A stretch of 53,746 nt of DNA from the NCBI GenBank assembly GCA_017601245.1, contig JAFNJB010000014.1, positions 1-53,746 of the forward strand. Reading direction: 5' to 3'. The translations under genes and the position numbers were made by a program. Source of the stretch: Candidatus Brockarchaeota archaeon. Lineage in GTDB: Archaea > Thermoproteota > EX4484-205 > JAAOZP01. The notes under the pieces are model-generated. The model was not told the DNA's origin and did no database searches. It worked only from the letters and a program-made list of their open reading frames with translations. Shown one piece after another: positions 46,664 through 53,746 of the stretch. Positions within the stretch are counted from its first letter, which is position 1; each line of letters opens with the position of its first letter.

Positions 46664-48148
46664 TTAGTCGAACCTTATTTGCGAGACAGAACCATTTTTA
46701 AGTGCAAGTACCGCAGCAATATTGGGAGTAGGCATTATACCAAGCTGTTCCTGGTACCTTGTCCTTTCTTGCCAGGTTCCGCTGTTAATCAGCTTGATTT
46801 CTCTGTAGACTCCATTTCTGAAAACGTGCACATGTCCAGTATGAAAAACGTCCGGGACTTCTTCTATTACGAGTTCATCTCGACCATGCGCTATTATCGG
46901 AGTTCTGGAACCGTATACTGGCGCCAAGTGTCTGAGTTGAAGCATTATCTCCATAGCATTCTCAGGCCTATCGTAACTTGCATTCTTTGCAAATGTTGCA
47001 ATATCCTCCATGCTTGTACCATGGTAAATAAGGAACTTGACACCATGTAGAGAAACCATACAAGGATTACTTAAGGAGATAACGTTCCCATTACTCTCAA
47101 GCTTTTCAGCATATTCGTCGAATATCGGAGGCTGCGGGATAGCCCGGAGAGTAGCATCGTGATTGCCGGGTATTACTATAACCTTAATATGCTCGGGAAT
47201 CTGGCTTAGAAGATTTGAAAGACCTCCATATTGCTTCTCCACATCCCTCACTTGTAATTCTTTCTCCTGTTGGGGATAGATTCCAACACCATCTACAAGA
47301 TCCCCCGCTATAATCATGTATTTTATCCTAGAAGATATCTCCCGTTCCTTTTCAGTCACACCCCCATCTCTCAACCATTTTATCATTCTCAAAAATGCTT
47401 TCTCAGAAAACTTCTGACTACCATAGTGAATGTCTGAAGTTAGGAGGACGGAAATATCTTCCTCTATAGTCTTAAACTTTTTTATGGGTACGTCTGGAAA
47501 TATTATAGATCGACAGAAAAGTTTGGAGTTAGAAACATAGAAAGACACTCCCACTACAGAGTCGGGCAGGAGCCTACCGATTTTTTCCCTTAAATCTTTA
47601 TCGCAATCCCTCGGAATCAGTATCTTGGTTGAGAAATCCATGTCTTCTACCACTATATAGTTTTCACGCTTCTCGTACACCATGACTATAGTTTTACCCT
47701 CTGAACGATCCGGTAAGCTACATGCTTTCCTCAGCGGGTAATATGGGGACATATCAGCCCGGCTTCTAAGCATTGAAGAGATCTTAGAATACCTATCGGC
47801 AAAATACTGTCTCCTAGCTTCAAGGTCATCAGAAACTTGCTTAGCCTCATATGATTTTAAAATCTCAATATCATCTTCTACATCCTTAGCTAAAAAATGA
47901 GTATGAAAACCCGCGGAAATTTCAGCCCTGATCGAAGCCCCGATAACGCTTGTAACAACTTCTCTAGAAACGACAACGCTATTTCTCTTCTTAGCTTCTT
48001 CGGCAATTTTGCTTAAAATTGTAGGTAGAGATTTCTCATCGTAATTTTCGACCAGAATCAAAAGTGCTTCAGGATTAAGAAGAATCCCTAGTCTTGTTGC
48101 TTCAGTCAGTATTCTTTTCTTAATATCCCCCTTATCTTGATTCAACAA
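46664..48148 (-). CDS. DNA polymerase D small (proofreading) subunit DP1
   Basis: SDIHYGS, AGDLVDGVGIYP, PGNHD, YHG, RHLAP, HTGHVH, NSGTWQ. Confidence 0.95.
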   Translation of the reverse strand: MLNQDKGDIKKRILTEATRLGILLNPEALLILVENYDEKSLPTILSKIAEEAKKRNSVVVSREVVTSVIGASIRAEISAGFHTHFLAKDVEDDIEILKSYEAKQVSDDLEARRQYFADRYSKISSMLRSRADMSPYYPLRKACSLPDRSEGKTIVMVYEKRENYIVVEDMDFSTKILIPRDCDKDLREKIGRLLPDSVVGVSFYVSNSKLFCRSIIFPDVPIKKFKTIEEDISVLLTSDIHYGSQKFSEKAFLRMIKWLRDGGVTEKEREISSRIKYMIIAGDLVDGVGIYPQQEKELQVRDVEKQYGGLSNLLSQIPEHIKVIVIPGNHDATLRAIPQPPIFDEYAEKLESNGNVISLSNPCMVSLHGVKFLIYHGTSMEDIATFAKNASYDRPENAMEIMLQLRHLAPVYGSRTPIIAHGRDELVIEEVPDVFHTGHVHVFRNGVYREIKLINSGTWQERTRYQEQLGIMPTPNIAAVLALKNGSVSQIRFD

Positions 48149-48227
48149 CGTTAGAAATTAAAAGTCAGCGTTTTTAATCCTTTTATCCATAAGGTTTATT
48201 ACCCACATTGGGAAAATACGGTTTTAA

Positions 48228-48413
48228 ATGTCTGAAGAACGCTCTAAGAGGAAAGAGGGACGGAGGTCTCCACGTCTTCCCGCGGGAACTGCAGGTTTAT
48301 TCAGCACGCTTGGTGAGAAGGGAAGGGGTTTTCAGATTAAGCCCATAGTGATTATAATTGTTTCATCTATCTTTATAGCACTTAGTATATTGCTACTGAT
48401 GTTGGGAATATAA
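48228..48413 (+). CDS. Preprotein translocase subunit Sec61beta
   Basis: Basic N-terminus, AGLF, IKP followed by a C-terminal TM. Confidence 0.85.
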   Translation: MSEERSKRKEGRRSPRLPAGTAGLFSTLGEKGRGFQIKPIVIIIVSSIFIALSILLLMLGI

Positions 48414-48417
48414 GGGA

Positions 48418-50190
48418 TTGTCCTCTAGAGATTCGTCTCGTTATGCTAAGTTTCTTTTCTCATTTCCATCCTTACGTGTAATAATATTTATAAATGTCTT
48501 TCTTGAAATACTTATTTCAATATTTTTATCTATTACCTGCCCTATTCTCAGATCGATCCCACAAGCTTTAATCTTAGTTTTTTTACCCATTCCATATTCA
48601 CTAATCATCCACAAGTCCTTTATTCGTAACGACAAAATTTTAACTTTCAGAAGACTCTTAGCACTACAATTAATTCAAGAAGCGATTTATACGATTCTAA
48701 TTTTCATAGGATGTCTAACTAATATTCTTTTTCATAAAGAACCTTGTTTTACAATATTCTTTTCGATCTCATTGGGCACGACACTCTCTTCATTTATCTC
48801 AATACTTGTAATGTTAGGTTTCTTAAGAAAGAATACGGTCAAAGTTTTAGCGATATCCCTTATTTACGTATTCACGCAATCATTCCGCTGGTTAGTATTG
48901 GGTCAAATGATATTTAAAACGTGGATTTTTATGATGTTATCGATTATAATATCCTTCTTTGCAAGCGTATTTTTCTTATTTTTCTTAAACCATAGGCTTA
49001 AAGGGAAAATTCCAATAAAGCCTTTAAGTATATTCCACGCATACCTAGAGTACCATCTTAATAAAAATCCTGAATCTTTCGAAAAAATTCTAGAAGATAT
49101 GAGTGAAAAAAGAGACCTAGAATTGTCCCTCCTACTATTGGATACTGAAAAAGAAGTAGATCTGTCGATATTTGGCCTATCTGTTCACTTTGGACCTTTT
49201 GGTACAGTTGGAAGTAGCCAATTACCCAGTCGTTTAATAAAATTAATTGAAAACCCTAGTCTCAGGGTACTTTTGTTACGTAATCTTTCAAACCATAGTC
49301 TTAATCTTCCCTCCTGGAGGGAGGTTGAAAAGCTCAGATTGAAAATGGTAGAGGCATTAAGTTCTGCAAAGCAATTGGGAGAATGTAATGCAAGCGTAGT
49401 CCAAAAAGAAACCGAAGGATACTCGGTTACTATCATTTCTATATGTTCTTACTGTATTGTTTTACTATCTTGTCCAGGATACTCTGTAGAAGATCTCCCT
49501 CCCGAGTGGGTACCTAATATCTCGAGCTTAATAAGCAAGTATGGCTTTACCCCATTCATAATTACGGATGCTCACAATTCAATAGATTCTTCAAGCTGGA
49601 GAACGTTAGATCCCGACTATGGTAGATTCGTTAATATTTTGGAAGAAGTATTGAAAAGCTTAAGGAAGACATCTGAGAAGAAAGTGATAATTGGATTCGA
49701 CAGAATTCACCCTTCTGTACTACCAAATGATGAAATAGGTCCTGGAGGAATATCGACTATTGTTTTGAACCTTGAAGGAGAGAACCATGCTCTCATAGTT
49801 ATAGATGGAAACAACATGGTGAAAGGTTTACGTAACTATCTTGTTGATCACTTGAAAAAATCGTTGAATTTATCAACGCTTGAAATCGTTACTACAGATA
49901 CTCATCTTCTAACTGGGATTAGAAAAGCAAAAAAAGGGTATTTTCCAATTGGCTTTAAAACAGATAAAGAACTTCTCTTGAAAACATGCATAGAATCTAT
50001 TAAAAATGCTATTAGTAGTTTATCGGCTTGTTCAATTAAAGTTTGGATTGGCAAAGTAGAAGACATTAGGGTTACTGGAGGAGTCTTTAATATTCTAGAA
50101 AGCTTTGTTAAGCAATGTAGTAAAATGATCAATATTTTGATGGTCTTGACAACTCTATTGACTTTCCTACTATCGCTTATTCTCTTTTAG
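48418..50190 (+). CDS. DUF2070-family membrane protein
   Basis: N-terminal TMs; HFGPFGTVGSS, DAHNS, IDGNNM, TTDTH. Confidence 0.9.
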   Translation: MSSRDSSRYAKFLFSFPSLRVIIFINVFLEILISIFLSITCPILRSIPQALILVFLPIPYSLIIHKSFIRNDKILTFRRLLALQLIQEAIYTILIFIGCLTNILFHKEPCFTIFFSISLGTTLSSFISILVMLGFLRKNTVKVLAISLIYVFTQSFRWLVLGQMIFKTWIFMMLSIIISFFASVFFLFFLNHRLKGKIPIKPLSIFHAYLEYHLNKNPESFEKILEDMSEKRDLELSLLLLDTEKEVDLSIFGLSVHFGPFGTVGSSQLPSRLIKLIENPSLRVLLLRNLSNHSLNLPSWREVEKLRLKMVEALSSAKQLGECNASVVQKETEGYSVTIISICSYCIVLLSCPGYSVEDLPPEWVPNISSLISKYGFTPFIITDAHNSIDSSSWRTLDPDYGRFVNILEEVLKSLRKTSEKKVIIGFDRIHPSVLPNDEIGPGGISTIVLNLEGENHALIVIDGNNMVKGLRNYLVDHLKKSLNLSTLEIVTTDTHLLTGIRKAKKGYFPIGFKTDKELLLKTCIESIKNAISSLSACSIKVWIGKVEDIRVTGGVFNILESFVKQCSKMINILMVLTTLLTFLLSLILF

Positions 50191-50454
50191 ATGGGGGTTT
50201 TCAACAACTATCTCAATTACTGGAACCATCCTGGAAGAACCACTTATGCTTTCTTCTAAAATCCTGACGTCAATTATCCTAGCACCCGCTATATTTCTCT
50301 GCAAGAGGTTTGCAACGTCAACAGCTCTTGAAATGTTTTCTCCTCTTCCTCTTATGATAAGGGTCTTGCTACCGCTGTTAAACACTGTAATACATGCAGT
50401 AACATAATTCCACGGCTTCTTTCTCCCAACGATAACAACAGCTTCACTACTCAA
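50170..50454 (-). CDS. albA: Alba nucleic-acid-binding protein
   Basis: IVGRKKPWNYV, IRGRGENISRAVDVA, IEIV. Confidence 0.93.
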   Translation of the reverse strand: MSSEAVVIVGRKKPWNYVTACITVFNSGSKTLIIRGRGENISRAVDVANLLQRNIAGARIIDVRILEESISGSSRMVPVIEIVVENPHLKENKR

Positions 50455-51949
50455 TATCTATCATCTCCACCTCACTGTCCCCAGTGACTTCAATGCATAT
50501 TCTTCCTATTCCCCTCTCCCTAACATTACACCATTTAATCCTTACTCCAACCCCGGGTCTTAGTCCCATAATCTTACTAGTATTTTCACGCCACGCAACT
50601 ACTTCAACAATCCCCGTATCATCCATCAAGTTTAAACGGCATAATCTTATTCTTTCGCCAGAAGTTGAAACAACCTCTTGTTCCTCTGGGGTTGTTGAAA
50701 CAACCCCCTCTACATGTATCTTCCTCATACCTGGTTCAAGCTCGTCAATTCTATAAGTTGCTTCTGGAATCTTAAGATTTGAAGGACCTTCTTCAACACC
50801 TATTATCGTCGTGGAGGATGTTGTGCTCAACAGGATTTGTCTCCCCCTGCTTCTCACAATAACGTTTAGAAATGAAATCTTCTTACCCTCAGCATCCATC
50901 TGCCTAAGCCTGTCTATAACGCCATTCCAACAGGTTAATATAGCATATGATTCACCATCTGAGACGATGGTGTCCATTACTCTCCTTATCCTTCCTCCTA
51001 ATGAGACAGTATTTTCCTTGAACATTTTTAGCACGTATAGTCTCAAGTTGACGAGTTTGCCTATGTCCGTCTTGGATAGAGCACTATACTCAACTTTCTC
51101 GGTTTTACTAACTATCTCCAGATACCCCATGGAATCAAGTTCTAACTCGAGGCTCCCGCTTAATCCTCTCCTGACTCTGGCTCCAGCAATTAAGACAGTG
51201 CTGAAAACATCCTTCTCAGTCACTTTGAATGAATGCTCGTGCCAAAGAGTCAAAGGAATTCTTAAATCTCCATCTGCCAGTATTATCCTTCTAAGGGCCC
51301 CTTCCCCCCTTATCGGATCTGAAAATCTTTTCAACTGAGAAACACCCATTACCATCGCCTTGACGTTAACAACATTGTCACTATAGCTTATTTCCCCAAG
51401 CCTTTTAAAGAACGCTTCTCTTGGAGGAATATCTGGACTATCTTCGATCTTCGATATGCTTCCATTATTACCTAGATGTATCTCCACGGTCCCGAGTCGC
51501 CCCTCTTTACTGTATGCCCTGACAATCTTAATCGCATCACCAACATTAACACCTAGTTCCTGGAATAGATTCGCCTTTTCTCTCCATAAGTATATGTAAC
51601 ACCATCCCGAGGAATCTCCTATTATCGCTCTGGATATCATAATTTTTCCATCATTAGACTCTACTTCCCTAGGCTCAAGAACCGCTATAACTCTACCGCG
51701 TGTAGAAATGCTTGTAAGACCGGAGACAATACTGCCAATCTTAATTTCTTTTTCTAGCGAAACCTCTTCGAGCCTTATTCCTAGCTCATTGGCCAAGCTG
51801 AAAACAGCCCAAACCCCCCTGTAAGCTTCGCTAACACGGGCATGTTTCTTCTTCTCCTCTATCCTTCGAATAAGCTCCTCCCTAGATATGTCCTTCCTTT
51901 TCTCTAGAATAGCCTCAATATACCTTTGAATAAGCTCCTCCCTAGACAT
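50447..51949 (-). CDS. Multi-OB-fold single-stranded DNA-binding protein (RPA-like)
   Basis: N-terminal helical domain plus about 4 OB repeats (IGDSSG..LW, LADGD..LW, VSDGE..CW, MDDTG..AW). Confidence 0.88.
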   Translation of the reverse strand: MSREELIQRYIEAILEKRKDISREELIRRIEEKKKHARVSEAYRGVWAVFSLANELGIRLEEVSLEKEIKIGSIVSGLTSISTRGRVIAVLEPREVESNDGKIMISRAIIGDSSGWCYIYLWREKANLFQELGVNVGDAIKIVRAYSKEGRLGTVEIHLGNNGSISKIEDSPDIPPREAFFKRLGEISYSDNVVNVKAMVMGVSQLKRFSDPIRGEGALRRIILADGDLRIPLTLWHEHSFKVTEKDVFSTVLIAGARVRRGLSGSLELELDSMGYLEIVSKTEKVEYSALSKTDIGKLVNLRLYVLKMFKENTVSLGGRIRRVMDTIVSDGESYAILTCWNGVIDRLRQMDAEGKKISFLNVIVRSRGRQILLSTTSSTTIIGVEEGPSNLKIPEATYRIDELEPGMRKIHVEGVVSTTPEEQEVVSTSGERIRLCRLNLMDDTGIVEVVAWRENTSKIMGLRPGVGVRIKWCNVRERGIGRICIEVTGDSEVEMIDIE

Positions 51950-52023
51950 TTACCCCCTCTCCCATTATAGGCCCTAACCTGATATGCGACTTAAGATATT
52001 TACGCATACGCAATGCCCATTGC

Positions 52024-52134
52024 CTAGCGTCTAACAACCCTCCTAGCAATGAAGTAAATGATTACTATCAAAATACCCACTGCTAAAATAAGCGTTATTT
52101 TTTCCAGGTTGGAAATGAACTCATATATACTCAT
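52024..52134 (-). CDS. Candidate 36-aa single-pass membrane microprotein
   Basis: MSIYEFISNLEKITLILAVGILIVIIYFIARRVVRR; TATA-like CTTATTAA about 25 nt upstream; below ORF-track cutoff. Confidence 0.6.
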   Translation of the reverse strand: MSIYEFISNLEKITLILAVGILIVIIYFIARRVVRR

Positions 52135-52207
52135 GTCCTATTCGCTTTGAACAAAGGTTAATAAGCTTTAAATTAATATAATGTAGCCCTATCCTAGGTG
52201 AAGCAGA

Positions 52208-52855
52208 TTGACTAGGGAAGAAGGCGTAAAATTCCCTCTTTCAGAAGCATTCTCATTTAGCCTGGAGAGTATTAAACGTAGGTTAAGCAGGGCTCTAGTA
52301 ACAATGGCCTCGATAATAGTGGGAATATCCTTTCTAACATTTCTTCTAACTACTGGAAGAATAGTATCCAGCCTACAGCAACAATCGGGCACCATAGTAG
52401 AAGCGTATCAAATATGGGTTGCCATAATAGCACTGCTCATATGCGCAGTAGGAATCGTAAACACTATGCTGATAAGCGTTGCAGAAAGGTATAAGGAAAT
52501 AGGTACAATAAAGTGTCTAGGTGCGATGAACAGACATGTGTTAACAATATTTCTGATAGAAGGGTTCCTACTCGGTTTAATGGGGGGTGTAATAGGGTCG
52601 ATAACCGGTTGGGGTGTTGCAGCTATCTGGCAATACTTACTGCCGATTATGAGACAAGAGCCCGCACAGATTCAAGCTCTGATAGTAGCAGCAAAGCTAT
52701 GGCTAGAGTTTGATATCAAAGACCCATTAATTCTATTGTCAAACCCGCTAGTAGACATTGGGTTAAGCGTATTCATAGCATTAATATCATCCATAGTGCC
52801 CGCCTACATTGCGGCTAAGCTTAGCCCAACTGAGGCATTGAGGTATGAAGCGTAA
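52208..52855 (+). CDS. FtsX/MacB-like ABC permease (short, no large extracellular domain)
   Basis: GIVNTMLISVAERYKEIGTIKCLGA, PAYIAAKLSPTEALRYE. Confidence 0.93.
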   Translation: MTREEGVKFPLSEAFSFSLESIKRRLSRALVTMASIIVGISFLTFLLTTGRIVSSLQQQSGTIVEAYQIWVAIIALLICAVGIVNTMLISVAERYKEIGTIKCLGAMNRHVLTIFLIEGFLLGLMGGVIGSITGWGVAAIWQYLLPIMRQEPAQIQALIVAAKLWLEFDIKDPLILLSNPLVDIGLSVFIALISSIVPAYIAAKLSPTEALRYEA

Positions 52856-52869
52856 GAGGTGAATGTAGA

Positions 52870-53595
52870 ATGGCTTTAAGATATGAATATGCTGTTGAAA
52901 CAGAAGATTTAGCGAAATATTACGTAATGGGGCCTGTTACAGTCAAGGCTCTAGACGGGGTCAGTGTTAGAATAAGAAGGTCCGAATACCTCTCGATAAT
53001 GGGACCTTCCGGAAGCGGGAAGACAACCTTCTTCAACATGATCGGAGGGTTAGATAGACCCACTAGAGGCAAGGTTTTCATCGATGAAGTTGATATAGCA
53101 AGTCTCGATGCCTATGAGCTTGCATGGCTTAGGGCTAAGAAAATAGGATACGTTTTCCAGACTTTTAACCTGATACCCGTATTAACAGCAATGGAGAACG
53201 TTATGCTTCCTATGATCTTCACGGGAGTGGACAGGGATGAGAGAATTAAGAAGGCAAGGGAAATGCTTACTAGAGTTGGACTAGGTGAAAGACTACATCA
53301 CAAACCTGGAGAACTCTCTGGGGGACAGCAACAAAGAGTTGCGATAGCAAGAGCATTAGTAAATGATCCAGTTATAGTTCTTGCAGACGAGCCGACTGGA
53401 AACCTTGATCTTCACACCGGATTAGAAATAATCAACCTATTGAAAACACTAAACACTGAAAAGAGAGTCACCATAATAAATGCAACACATGACCTGAAAA
53501 TGATTGATGTTAGCGATAGGATATTCTGGATACGTGACGGTAAGATCGAAAGAATAGAGACTAGAGCAGAGGTAGCAGTAAAGGAAGTAGAGTAA
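52870..53595 (+). CDS. ABC ATP-binding protein, LolD/MacB type
   Basis: [40 protein letters not shown]. Confidence 0.96.
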   Translation: MALRYEYAVETEDLAKYYVMGPVTVKALDGVSVRIRRSEYLSIMGPSGSGKTTFFNMIGGLDRPTRGKVFIDEVDIASLDAYELAWLRAKKIGYVFQTFNLIPVLTAMENVMLPMIFTGVDRDERIKKAREMLTRVGLGERLHHKPGELSGGQQQRVAIARALVNDPVIVLADEPTGNLDLHTGLEIINLLKTLNTEKRVTIINATHDLKMIDVSDRIFWIRDGKIERIETRAEVAVKEVE

Positions 53596-53663
53596 AATTT
53601 ACACCTCCTTTATTGTATCAAACGCCTACTTCAAAATTTATTGTAAAACAGATTAGAAATCAT

Positions 53664-53746
53664 TTATCGCAGAGTATTCAACAAGGTTTTGAACGATTTA
53701 AGGAAGTACTCTATTTCTTCCCTTCCCTCATACCCGACGTTTCCTA
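53664..53746 (-). CDS. 3' end of a gene entering from right edge, possibly class V aminotransferase
   Basis: ..GNVGYEGREEIEYFLKSFKTLLNTLR*; resembles the RIGxMG C-terminus, but only 26 residues are visible. Confidence 0.4.
   Translation of the reverse strand, partial: GNVGYEGREEIEYFLKSFKTLLNTLR

Noticed and set aside
51868-51946. 19-bp direct repeat 60 nt apart at the RPA 5' end
   Set aside because: Coding repeat (SREELI twice); two copies only, not CRISPR-like
311-52713. Many antisense/overlapping ORFs in the track (e.g. 311-964, 15683-16162, 20613-21164, 50811-51338)
   Set aside because: Shadows of well-supported genes on the other strand or frame; no motifs of their own
1-53746. CRISPR arrays, rRNA genes, transposases, inteins in PolB/RNAP
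   Set aside because: None seen; polymerase and RNAP subunits are of normal length

Overview
Archaeal chromosomal window from a TACK-group lineage that is probably not a classical crenarchaeote. It carries a fused RpoA'/A'', PolB1 together with the PolD small subunit, a multi-OB RPA, and a splicing endonuclease with the crenarchaeal-type specificity loop. The right three quarters (about 14.7-53.7 kb) is core informational genome: guaB, rpoH-B-A-L30e-nusA-S12-S7, endA, glyS, pth2, EF-1beta, fen, pcm, ino1, polB1, the proteasome/exosome superoperon, an ECF module, DP1, sec61beta, alba and RPA. The left ~14 kb is accessory. Its best signal is a BlaI/BlaR-like repressor plus membrane zinc-protease pair, with a palindromic operator (TACTAC-N5-GTAGTA) at four promoters between TATA box and start codon: blaI itself, a NEW3-ABC operon, htrA, and an uncharacterised secreted protein 6.5 kb away. 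This suggests an archaeal envelope-stress regulon. Other findings: three tRNAs, two with non-canonical introns (Leu 21/22; Tyr 15/16 plus 37/38); a decayed element with a degenerate att repeat at tRNA-Leu; a candidate C/D-box sRNA complementary to the 23S peptidyl-transferase region; a scrambled locus with two paralogous membrane proteins and surface-protein fragments; and small ORFs missed by the ORF track. All assignments come from reading motifs by eye; no searches were run.
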